A stretch of 39,429 nucleotides of DNA from a virus. Its lineage: Duplodnaviria > Caudoviricetes. The notes below the pieces were generated by a model. It ran no database searches. It was not told where the DNA came from and saw only the letters and a program-made list of their open reading frames with translations. The translations under genes and the position numbers were made by a program. Of the stretch, positions 1 through 8,030 are shown piece after piece. The stretch covers positions 1 to 39,429 of the IMG/VR virus record IMGVR_UViG_3300020181_000019, one strand, 5' to 3'. Each line of letters starts with the position of its first letter. The stretch's first letter is position 1.

Positions 1-378
1 AGGGCTAGGCGTGTCGGTCGGGGGTCGCCCCCCGGGTGTCCATCGGCGGGTGGTCTCAAGGGGCTCGATCGTCGGTGGTGCAGCCTTGCGGTTCCGGCCG
101 ACATTGCAGCGACGGTGAGCGAGGCGGCAGTTGCTCCGGTCGAACGGCGAGCCACCAGCCTTGACGGGGATGACCTCGTCGACCTCGCCGCGCATGGGAT
201 CAGGGACGCAGCCTGAGCAGTCGGGGTCAGCGCATCGCTTGGAGTGGACGCCGGCCATGAGTCCGAGCGTCTTGTCGACGGGCTCAAGGCAGAGCCAGCA
301 GGTGTCTTCCTCGGCCTTGACTCGCTTGATGACCTGGTCGCGACGGTGACCGTTGGCTCGGCGAGGGTTGCCCGGCAT
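1..378 (-). CDS. HNH endonuclease (packaging-associated), no stop codon inside window
   Basis: Not in ORF track. ATG at 378 overlaps the upstream TGA; my translation MPGNPRRANGHRRDQVIKRVKAEEDTCWLCLEPVD...GEVDEVIPVKAGGSPFDRSNCRLAHRRCN has CxxC and an HNH-like C-terminal motif; terminal position next to terS when circularised. Confidence 0.85.
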   Translation of the reverse strand, partial: MPGNPRRANGHRRDQVIKRVKAEEDTCWLCLEPVDKTLGLMAGVHSKRCADPDCSGCVPDPMRGEVDEVIPVKAGGSPFDRSNCRLAHRRCNVGRNRKAAPPTIEPLETTRRWTPGGRPPTDTPSP

Positions 379-524
379 CAGTCAGCCTCGACCGTCTCCA
401 CCCACAACCGCTGAGCCTGCGCCCTCGCTTCAGCCACAGCGTCGGGGTAGGACTCCTCGACGTACACCTCGACCTCAAGCTCGATGCCGTCGGGCCAGCG
501 CTGGACGATGCGGGCTGATGCCAT
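378..524 (-). CDS. hypothetical protein, 48 aa (MASARIVQRWPDG...)
   Basis: AGGGAGG RBS before ATG 524; stop overlaps HNH start. Confidence 0.7.
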   Translation of the reverse strand: MASARIVQRWPDGIELEVEVYVEESYPDAVAEARAQAQRLWVETVEAD

Positions 525-641
525 GACGTCCTCCCTGAACTGCCAGGCCGCCACTCGTCGGCGCCGTAGTCGCGGTCGGCAGCAGGGGTTCCCGGGTCCA
601 TCGGCGCGGCGGCTCCACCCGGTGAGGCGGTCCCGAGAATG

Positions 642-674
642 CGAAACGCCCTGCAACCTTGCGGTGTCAGGGCG
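642..674 (-). terminator. intrinsic terminator-like hairpin in putative late leader
   Basis: - strand CGCCCTG...accGCAAggt...CAGGGCG followed by TTTCG. Confidence 0.5.
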
Positions 675-705
675 CGCTCGTCAGACGTTGAATCTGACAG
701 GCCAA

Positions 706-714
706 ACGCTAGCA
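706..714 (-). promoter_or_regulatory. candidate late promoter, extended -10 TGcTAGCGT
   Basis: TGn-TANNNT motif overlapping the stop of the upstream gene and pointing to HNH/terminase. Confidence 0.4.
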
Positions 715-1569
715 CGCCTCGGGCTCAACTGGGCGCGACTCCACGCCGAGCAGGTCGAACACGTCGCCGAGGCGGTAGACACGATGCGGCTTACCATCGT
801 CGAGCACCCGCACCCCGAGGTCGTGCAGCTTCCCGCGCTTGACCCACTGGTCGATGCGATTCGCCAGCCGTTGCACGCTGACCTCGGTGTCGAGCAGGCC
901 GACCACCGCCCGCGCGATGACTGAGACGGGGGCCATCTCGTCGCGTGCCTCGCGCAGCATGACCTCCCGGCGCTGACCTGCGTCCCAGGTGCGTCCGCAT
1001 TCGGGGCAGCGGACCCACGACGTACCCATGGTGCCGTAGAGGCTGCGCTCGCAGGTGACGGGCTGCACGCCGTTGCCGGTCCACTCTCGGCCGATCTCGT
1101 TGCCGCAGACGCCGGCGTACCAGCCAGTGTCGGAGCGGTCGATGAGCTGCTGCAACCGGCGCTCGCACTGTCGGATTTCTCGCAGCATCTCGCCCGCCCA
1201 CTCCAGCGTGACGATGGTCGGCACGTGGTTCTCCAGCCATGCGCAGGCCTTGGCGACGTCGTCGGGTGGCTGGTCGATGCCTGGGCGGTCGTCCTCGAGG
1301 TTGCGCACCCAGCCGATCACGATGGCGTCCACGAAGCCCGTGGCGACGGTGACGGGGTCGAAGGTGACCGCGGTTGGTGGTGGTGGTGCCGACTGGAAGG
1401 TCGACTTGACCCTGACTCGTTCGCCGGGGCGGATGCGCAGGGCGTCGGTGTAGAACGCTCCGACGTTGACCAGCGCGACCGTGAGGGTCTGCTGACAGCG
1501 CTTGCACAGCGCCAGCCCGTTGGTCGTCTCGGCACCGCAGTCCGAGTTGAGACACCGCATCCCGCTCAC
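709..1569 (-). CDS. Cys-rich zinc-ribbon protein with C-terminal HTH-like region; putative late-gene regulator
   Basis: C-x3-C, CxxC and CPECG motifs; C-terminal RIDQWVKRGKL...YRLGDV; last large early gene. Start GTG 1569 or ATG 1560, not 1941. Confidence 0.65.
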   Translation of the reverse strand: MSGMRCLNSDCGAETTNGLALCKRCQQTLTVALVNVGAFYTDALRIRPGERVRVKSTFQSAPPPPTAVTFDPVTVATGFVDAIVIGWVRNLEDDRPGIDQPPDDVAKACAWLENHVPTIVTLEWAGEMLREIRQCERRLQQLIDRSDTGWYAGVCGNEIGREWTGNGVQPVTCERSLYGTMGTSWVRCPECGRTWDAGQRREVMLREARDEMAPVSVIARAVVGLLDTEVSVQRLANRIDQWVKRGKLHDLGVRVLDDGKPHRVYRLGDVFDLLGVESRPVEPEAC

Positions 1570-1690
1570 TTGCTCCCCCGATTCGCTGTACGCCATTCTC
1601 CCGGCCTGAACATGCCGCCCCGCACCTCGGGTCCACTCCGACCCTGCGCGGCTCTGAGAGGCCGTCCTGCGTGTCTCACAGCGGTGTGAT

Positions 1691-1996
1691 TCATCCCAGC
1701 GCCTCCACCACAGCAGCCACCGCAGCGTCGGCGTAGAGCGCGTCGATGTCCTCGGCGCTGACACCAGCCTCGAAGTAGGCCATCTGCACGGCGTCGCGCG
1801 CCCCATCCCGCGCCCCCCGCACCCGCTCAACCACCGCGGCGTGCAGCACGTCGGCGAGGTGGGCGCGATAGGCGGTGCGATCGTCACCCCGCCAGACCTT
1901 GCAGACGCAGATCCACCGCACGCGGCCGACAGTCTCGTCACCGCGCCACTCGGCCTCGTGCTCAGCGATCACCTCCGCCAGCCACTGCGCGCTCAT
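1691..1996 (-). CDS. hypothetical protein, 101 aa (MSAQWLAEVIAEH...CVC...HLADVL)
   Basis: ATGA overlap at 1993-1996; H/C pattern. Confidence 0.7.
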   Translation of the reverse strand: MSAQWLAEVIAEHEAEWRGDETVGRVRWICVCKVWRGDDRTAYRAHLADVLHAAVVERVRGARDGARDAVQMAYFEAGVSAEDIDALYADAAVAAVVEALG

Positions 1997-2157
1997 CGGG
2001 CGACCACTTCCCCGAGTAGGTGCGTCGAACAATCGACAGGAACCACCCACCAGTCGCCATAGCGCTCGCACCCGTTCGGGCACACCTCCGCAGGGTGGAT
2101 GGATGCGAATCGACCCTTGGAGTCTCGGAGTCGACCGGCATCGTCGGCGTAGATCAC
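1993..2157 (-). CDS. hypothetical protein, 54 aa (MIYADDAGRLRDSKGRFA...)
   Basis: Below ORF-track cutoff; fills the gap with 4-nt overlaps at both ends. Confidence 0.6.
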   Translation of the reverse strand: MIYADDAGRLRDSKGRFASIHPAEVCPNGCERYGDWWVVPVDCSTHLLGEVVAR

Positions 2158-2570
2158 TCCGCCACCTCCCCAGCCCCCGCGGTCTGCGGCCTACTGGCGC
2201 AGGTGGTGCAGACGTGCGTCGTCGCGACGAACGCCACTGGCTCGGCGGTCTGCGGCCCGTCGAGCGCGGCGCGGAGGCGGTCGAACACCTTGGCGAGAGC
2301 GCAGGTGGCGCAGTTCTCGGCGCACCAGTGCTGGCTGCGGTCGCGGCGTCTGATGACGGGTGCCAAGTCGCGCATCAGCGCCCGCACCCGCTCCACCGCC
2401 TGCTCGGCAGCCTGTAGGCGGTCCAAGCGGCTGGCAACGATTCGCTCGACTAGCGACACCAGTTCTCGGGAAGACCCCACGGCGCGCACGGCGCGGATGT
2501 CAGACACCTCACGCTCGGTCAAGACGCGCTCAGCCTCCCCGACCGCACGCAGCCGCTCGATGTCGCTCAT
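2154..2570 (-). CDS. hypothetical protein, 138 aa (MSDIERLRAV...), coiled coil plus Cys motifs
   Basis: ATGA overlap at 2567-2570. Confidence 0.7.
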   Translation of the reverse strand: MSDIERLRAVGEAERVLTEREVSDIRAVRAVGSSRELVSLVERIVASRLDRLQAAEQAVERVRALMRDLAPVIRRRDRSQHWCAENCATCALAKVFDRLRAALDGPQTAEPVAFVATTHVCTTCASRPQTAGAGEVAE

Positions 2571-2866
2571 GCGTCGGCCTCGGGGTGGGTGGGTGCGGGC
2601 TCGGCATATGCAGTCACCCGCGAGCAGGCGTTGAGCGCTGCGTAGGCGATGGGCCAGATGTGCCAGCACACCTCCGGCGGGAGGTTGTGCTCCTCGATAT
2701 AGGCCCAACAGCGCGACCACGTCAGGGCCGCTGCCTCATCGAAGGACGTAGGCGCAGTGGTGGCGCCGTGCGCCGCCTTGCCATTCCACCAGCCGTAGTC
2801 GGCCCACGTCTTGCCGTTGCTCATCATGGGTGGCAGGAACTCGCGCGCCGCCATCGCCTCACCCAT
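2567..2866 (-). CDS. hypothetical protein, 99 aa
   Basis: TGATG overlap at 2866; chain of abutting ORFs. Confidence 0.65.
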   Translation of the reverse strand: MGEAMAAREFLPPMMSNGKTWADYGWWNGKAAHGATTAPTSFDEAAALTWSRCWAYIEEHNLPPEVCWHIWPIAYAALNACSRVTAYAEPAPTHPEADA

Positions 2867-3048
2867 CAGGACCACCACTCCTTGAAGTCGCTGCGCGCCT
2901 CAATCGCGGCGTCTGCGTTCGGGTCGTCGCGGCGGACGAACGTCGAACACCGAAGGCCCTCGTGGTTACGCCACCACACCTGTCGGTAGTCCTCCCGGCT
3001 GGGCTCGCACAGCGAGTCAATCTCGCCCACCTCCCGCGCCCCGCTCAT
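2866..3048 (-). CDS. hypothetical protein, 60 aa (MSGAREVGEID...)
   Basis: GGAGG RBS and ATGA overlap. Confidence 0.65.
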   Translation of the reverse strand: MSGAREVGEIDSLCEPSREDYRQVWWRNHEGLRCSTFVRRDDPNADAAIEARSDFKEWWS

Positions 3049-3368
3049 GCGCCCGCCTCCGTGGTGTCGGTGGGGGTCAGGCCGCGCTGTTCGGCCCACT
3101 GGGCGTTGGTCAGGCAGTCGTCGATCCCCAGATGGGCGAGCGCCTGTTTTCCGTCGGCGATGTACGGCGGCTGCTCACCTCGTGCGGCGGCGAGAAGCGC
3201 AGTCCGCAGTTCGGCGAGTTCAGACTTCCGGTACGCGCTCAGGCTCCGCAGGGTCAGCGTCTCGTCGATCACCTCGACCGCCTGAGCGCTGAGGGTTCGC
3301 AGGGCGTAGATCTCGTCGACCGCCACGCTCAGGTCGGAGATGCCTCGGTCGTCTTGCCAGCGTGTCAT
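3045..3368 (-). CDS. hypothetical protein, 107 aa (MTRWQDDRGISDL...)
   Basis: AGGAGG RBS before ATG 3368. Confidence 0.7.
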   Translation of the reverse strand: MTRWQDDRGISDLSVAVDEIYALRTLSAQAVEVIDETLTLRSLSAYRKSELAELRTALLAAARGEQPPYIADGKQALAHLGIDDCLTNAQWAEQRGLTPTDTTEAGA

Positions 3369-3441
3369 GCGCTCGCCTCCTGGCTCATCGCTTCCCGCGC
3401 GGCGGTCGCGTGGGGGTTGGGGGTGGTGGTCGGTGGGGTGG

Positions 3442-4746
3442 TCATCTGGCGCCTCCACTCGGCGACCACGCCACGGACGCGAGTCGGGCATAGTGGCCCT
3501 GCATCTGGAGCGTCGCCACCGTGTTCGCCGGCCCATGACGGTTCTTCGCGATCGTCGCGACCACCTCGGGCACGTCTGGGTCGGGCCGGTGGAGCAGGAT
3601 CACGACGTCGGCGTCGTTCTCGGCGCCGCCCTCGCGGATGTCAGTCAGTCGAGGGCCGTCGGTCGCCTTGCCGCCCTCGCGGTTGACCTGCGCCATCGCC
3701 ACGACGCACGCGCCGGTCTCACGCGCTAGCAGCTTGAGGTCGCGGGCGATCTGCGAGACCTCCTCGGCGCGGCTCGCGTCCCGGCGGCCACTGGCTGGGC
3801 GGACCAGTTGCAGGTAGTCGACGACGATCAGCGCCAGGTCGTCGCGTCGGCGTTGCACGTCACGGGCGAGTCGCCGTAGCCCCTGCACCGAGAGGGACGA
3901 CGTGTCGTCGACGAAGAGCGGCATCTTGTTGAGCTCGTCGTGCTTGGCGGCGATGGCGTCCCACGCGCCGTCTGTCAGAGTGCCGTTCTCAAGGTGGGTC
4001 AGGTTCACCGAGGCGTGCGCGGCGAGGATGCGGTTCATGACCTCACTGCGGGGCATCTCAAGGGACGCCAGCAGCGCCGCGTGCTGGTGCCGGTGAGCGA
4101 CGTGTAGCGCGAGGTTGGTGCCGCTGATGGACTTGCCGCCACCCGGGCGTGCACCGATGACGACCAAGCGGCCGGGCGCGATACCGCCGATGACGCGGTC
4201 GATGTCGGGCCAGCCGGTGTCGAGGACCCCGGTCTTGCCAGCCTGTGCCGCGTCGAGTGCCTCGGGCAGGAGGTCGGCCACCGTGCGGGCCTGTGTGACG
4301 ACCCGGCCGCGGCACGCTTCGTCGACCGCTTGTCTCGCCTGCTCGCGGCGCTCCTCGAGGTTCCCGGGCGTTGAGCCGAGCTGTTGCAGCCGCGTCCCCG
4401 CTTCCTGGAGCGCGCGGAGACCGGCAGCCTCGCGGACCTGGGCGGCATAGTGCGGGGCGTTGGAGACGATCGGCACGCGGGATACCAGGTCGTGCAGCCA
4501 GATCGGGTCGATGGGCGGCTTGTGGTCTCCGAGCGCGAGGCGAACAGAGACGATGTCGGGCTTGTTGCCGGCGGTGTGGACGCGGAGGATTGCGGCCCAC
4601 ACGTCGCCGTGCGTCGGCTGGTAGAAGTCGTTGGGCTCGACGTCGAGCTCGTCGGGGTGCTGCCAACCGGCGAGGCAGGCTCCGAGGAGGCTCTGCTCGG
4701 CGTCCGCGATCGGGTAGGGCGATGGGTGGAGAACGTCCTCGCTCAT
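3442..4746 (-). CDS. dnaB: DnaB-like replicative helicase
   Basis: N-terminal AEQSLLGACL...DFY...H; Walker A GARPGGGKS; SLEM; IVVDYLQL; AQVNR; AKNRHGP. Confidence 0.95.
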   Translation of the reverse strand: MSEDVLHPSPYPIADAEQSLLGACLAGWQHPDELDVEPNDFYQPTHGDVWAAILRVHTAGNKPDIVSVRLALGDHKPPIDPIWLHDLVSRVPIVSNAPHYAAQVREAAGLRALQEAGTRLQQLGSTPGNLEERREQARQAVDEACRGRVVTQARTVADLLPEALDAAQAGKTGVLDTGWPDIDRVIGGIAPGRLVVIGARPGGGKSISGTNLALHVAHRHQHAALLASLEMPRSEVMNRILAAHASVNLTHLENGTLTDGAWDAIAAKHDELNKMPLFVDDTSSLSVQGLRRLARDVQRRRDDLALIVVDYLQLVRPASGRRDASRAEEVSQIARDLKLLARETGACVVAMAQVNREGGKATDGPRLTDIREGGAENDADVVILLHRPDPDVPEVVATIAKNRHGPANTVATLQMQGHYARLASVAWSPSGGAR

Positions 4747-5735
4747 GCGCCCCTCCTCGCAGCAGCGCGCTGGCGAGCCTCAAGCTCCCACTGGGCGTAC
4801 TCGGTGGGCGAGAGACCGTTGGGTGGTTCCTCAAGGTCGTGGACGCTGGTGGGTCGAGCTGGTCGAGGCGCCTGGCGACCTGGGTTGTCCTTGCGCCACT
4901 TGACGGCGTTGCGGAGCCAAGTTCGGAAGGCTGCGTCCCAGTCCTTCATGGTCGAGCCCTTGGCTCGGTGGTGGTCGATGAACTGCTCGGCCTCGGCGTC
5001 GATGTCCAGGTCGTTCTCGGCGGCGTAGCCGAGGTGGACTTCGTTGGGCTTCCAGTCGTCTGGGAGTTGGCCCGCTCGCTTGCGAGTGGGCTTGGGGCCT
5101 TCTCCCCCCACACCCCCCTTAACCACAGAGGGGTTTGTTGTAGTTGTAGTTGTAGTTGTAGGGGGTACCGAAACCGACCCCCAAACCTTTGGTCGCGTTT
5201 GGGGCAAACCGAGGGCAAACCCATCCCCAAACCCATCCCCAAACGGGTCCTCAGGGGTGGGCAAACTCTTGGCTGAAATGGCGGGATGGGCCAGCATCTC
5301 GAGCACTCGCTGGTCATTCCAGCAGGCCAGCTCGGGCCACAGTGACCTCATCTTGTTGGTCTCGTGAACGAGCACCGCACGGATGTTTGGCGAGGCGACG
5401 CTGGCGTAGGCGTGGACGTAGGAGATGGCCAGTCGGGGCTGCTTCACCGTCTCGTCCCATCGCGCCCACGAGCGGACGAGTGCCTCTTCGGTCTCTTCAT
5501 CGAGTACCACGAAGTAGCGCGCCGCCAGGCAGTCTGCGACGAGCTGGATGTGCTCGGTCGCGAAGCCCTGCGAGAGGCCGGTCATGCGCGCAGGGCGCCA
5601 GTCGTGGACGCCGCAGAAGGATAAGTCGGGGGACGTCCACAGGGTGAAGTAGAGGTGCTGAGCGGCCGGCGGGAGCGCTCGGAAGTCGGGGTCACCCCAG
5701 ATGACGGTGTTCACCTTGGCGAAGATGCGTGGCAC
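4743..5735 (-). CDS. phage replication initiation protein
   Basis: N-terminal IWGDPDFRALPPAAQHLY; low-complexity linker with repeats; C-terminal FIDHHRAKG...DWDAAFRTWLRNA; directly upstream of helicase. Confidence 0.8.
   Translation of the reverse strand: MPRIFAKVNTVIWGDPDFRALPPAAQHLYFTLWTSPDLSFCGVHDWRPARMTGLSQGFATEHIQLVADCLAARYFVVLDEETEEALVRSWARWDETVKQPRLAISYVHAYASVASPNIRAVLVHETNKMRSLWPELACWNDQRVLEMLAHPAISAKSLPTPEDPFGDGFGDGFALGLPQTRPKVWGSVSVPPTTTTTTTTNPSVVKGGVGGEGPKPTRKRAGQLPDDWKPNEVHLGYAAENDLDIDAEAEQFIDHHRAKGSTMKDWDAAFRTWLRNAVKWRKDNPGRQAPRPARPTSVHDLEEPPNGLSPTEYAQWELEARQRAAARRGA
5134..5268. repeat. iteron-like repeats inside rep gene (candidate origin)
   Basis: Tandem GTTGTA x4, six CAAAC-centred motifs including tandem CAAACCCATCCC, locally lower GC. 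Confidence 0.55.
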
Positions 5736-5739
5736 GTCC

Positions 5740-5934
5740 TCAGTCCCTCCAGTCCGTGGTCCAGGCGTGCCCGCAGTCGGAGCACAGGTACGCGCAGCGG
5801 TGGCCGTCGGCGATCTCGACGACGGAGCGCGGTGGCTCGACGTTCATCACGCACGAGGGACAGCCGTCGGCGTTGCCGAGGGCGCCTGGGGATGGTGGTG
5901 CTGCGCTGTCGGCTGGGTAGGGCAGAATCGCCAT
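5740..5934 (-). CDS. small zinc-ribbon protein, 64 aa
   Basis: MAILPYP...CPSC...CSDCGHAW; appears as the tail of the 741-aa ORF only because of the upstream frameshift. Confidence 0.6.
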   Translation of the reverse strand: MAILPYPADSAAPPSPGALGNADGCPSCVMNVEPPRSVVEIADGHRCAYLCSDCGHAWTTDWRD

Positions 5935-6072
5935 CAGTCGTTCTCGTCTTTCGCTAGGTAGGGGACGGCGAGGCCCTGGGTCACATGCCGACTGTTGGCG
6001 CAGTCGGTGACCCGGGGCCGCCTCGTCTTTCGCTGATGCGATTCTCCCAGCGGCCGCCGACGAGTGGCGATT

Positions 6073-6233
6073 TTTCGTCCACAGACGCTGTGCGTAACTC
6101 GGCACAAACCTGTGGATTGCTGTGGTATCTGCACGTGAAATCCACGAGATGGCACCGCACAGACCATCAGTTTCAGCCTGTGAATGACCCGCCGAGGCTG
6201 TGGACGAAATAAACATGGCCCTTCTGTGGAGGA
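6073..6233. promoter_or_regulatory. cluster of DnaA-box-like (TCCACAG / CTGTGGA) motifs
   Basis: About 7-8 degenerate copies in a lower-GC 160-bp stretch upstream of rep. Confidence 0.45.
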
Positions 6234-6242
6234 AGTACTCGC

Positions 6243-6467
6243 TCACGACGCCTCCCTCCCCGCCGGCCAGACCTCGACACCCTCGCCGCCGTCGAGCCAG
6301 TCGCTGAATGCCCGGGAGCCGCCGACGATGAGGGCGAGCTGCACGCGGTCGCCGACGGGCAGTACGCCGGTGAGGGTGCCGGTCCACTGGCCGACCTGGA
6401 CGGTGCGGCCGATGTGTCTGTCGCCGAGGTCGCGGGCGTGGATGAGGCGGCGGTGTTGGTGGGTCAT
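6243..6467 (-). CDS. hypothetical beta-rich protein, 74 aa (MTHQHRRLIHARDL...)
   Basis: ATG overlaps the TGA (6464-6466) of the frame-corrected methyltransferase. Confidence 0.65.
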   Translation of the reverse strand: MTHQHRRLIHARDLGDRHIGRTVQVGQWTGTLTGVLPVGDRVQLALIVGGSRAFSDWLDGGEGVEVWPAGREAS

Positions 6468-7860
6468 GCGGCACCCCACCTTGCTTGCGCCAGCAGCCAC
6501 CGCAGCGCCGCCGCACCCTGCTGAAACACGACCCCCCATTCCCGCAAGCCTTGAGAACCTCGTTCCACGTCACGCCGGGGACGTCGGTGATCCAGCCAGC
6601 GGAGTAGCCCATGAGCCACTCGTCGAACTCGTCGGAGAGCTTCGGGTTGCCCTTGGCGTTGAGCTTGGTCGGCTCGGGCGCTGGTCGGGTCACCGACTCC
6701 CAGCGGCGGATGGCTGGCTCATACTCGCCCCACTTGGCGGGCTGGCGAACCGTGGCGTCGGTCAAGGTCGTGCCGTCGTGCCCGCTGTCGTAGCCCGCCG
6801 CGCCGGATGACTTGCTGTCGGTCGCGGTGGGCGTGGGGAGCAACTGGACCGCACTCGGCAGCATCAGGTCACCGGATGACCCACGCTGGTTCGGGCCGCC
6901 CTTGGTGCCGTCGGTGGCGCGAGGGGTGGGGAGGAGGTCGTGGACGACGTTGCTGAGGTACTTCTGGCCATCGGACAGGCGTGGACCTTGGACCGCCTTC
7001 TCTGCCTCGTTCGCCATGGGCGTGGGCAGAAGTGGGATCTCAGCGACTGCCGTGCGCAGGTCCATCCCGCCGTCGCCGTGGTGTCCAGCGCCGTTGGTGT
7101 CAGATGTTCGTGGGCTAGGCAACAGCGCCATGTCGCGAGTCACCCCCGGAAGTGTCGACGGTGACCCTCCGAACTCAGGTGTCCACCGTCGCCGTCCGCT
7201 TTGCCCGGCGTCGGCAGCAGTGCCACAGTCTCCGTGCTCGAAGCTCCACGGCTGGCCCGCGGGGTAGGCAGTACAGAACCAACGCTCGCGACGGTGGGCG
7301 GCTCCCACGCCGGACGCGGGTACAACCGTCCAGTCCGCATCGAACCCGATCGCGGCAAGGTCTGCGAGAACGGCATCAAGTGCCCGCAGATGCTCTCCTG
7401 GTCCGTCTCCCAGACAGATCGGGCAGGGCTCCACATCGCCAGCGGCGGGGGCAGTGAAGATTCCGGGGACATTCTCGAGGACCACCAATCGGGGTGAGAG
7501 TTCAGTGATGGCGCGGACGACCTGCGACCAGAGCCCGGTCCGAGTGCCGTCGCGGAGCCCGGCGCGTCCGCCGGCGACCGACACGTCCTGACAGGGGAAC
7601 CCGGCGGAGAGGATCTCGATGCGGCCATGCCATGGGGACCAGTCGATGAGCGAGACGTCACCGAGGTTCGGTACGCCGGGGAAGCGGTGTGCGAGGACTG
7701 AGCAGGGCGAGCGGTGCGGCTCGTGGTGCCCGACGCTGCCGTCCTTGTTGACCTTGCAGACGTCAGCGACGAACACGGTCTCGGTGCCGAGCACCTCACT
7801 GACGGCGAGGTCCAGACCGCCGACGCCGGAGAACATGCTCCCGAGACGTGGCCGACTCAC
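6464..7860 (-). CDS. DNA cytosine-C5 methyltransferase, frameshifted at G6 run 6532-6537
   Basis: Motif I MFSGVGG, IV AGFPCQ, VI ENV, VIII HRRERWF, IX-X EWLMGY...LKACGNG; the expected end VVFQQGAAALRWLL lies in the -1 frame. Confidence 0.9.
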
Positions 7861-8030
7861 GACCCACCCCCCGTGCCCACCTCGGGCTGCGTGGTCTCCC
7901 ACTCGCGGTTCTGGATCACGGATTGGACGGCGTACAGGGCGGCATCCACATCGGCCTCGATGCATGCGCCGAAGCCGATCTCCTCACCGTCGCTCAGAAT
8001 CGTGAACTGGATCTCGATGCGCTCACTCAC
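7857..8030 (-). CDS. hypothetical protein, 57 aa (MSERIEIQFTIL...)
   Basis: Overlapping start/stop at both ends. Confidence 0.65.
   Translation of the reverse strand: MSERIEIQFTILSDGEEIGFGACIEADVDAALYAVQSVIQNREWETTQPEVGTGGGS

Noticed and set aside
1566-3445. Tiny gap-filling ORFs 1566-1694 (42 aa) and 3365-3445 (26 aa)
   Set aside because: They have overlaps but low-complexity sequence and no other support, so they were not annotated.
5740-7965. Single 741-aa methyltransferase ORF
   Set aside because: Start is better placed at GTG 7860, and the part after GNG is read-through across other genes caused by the G6 frameshift.
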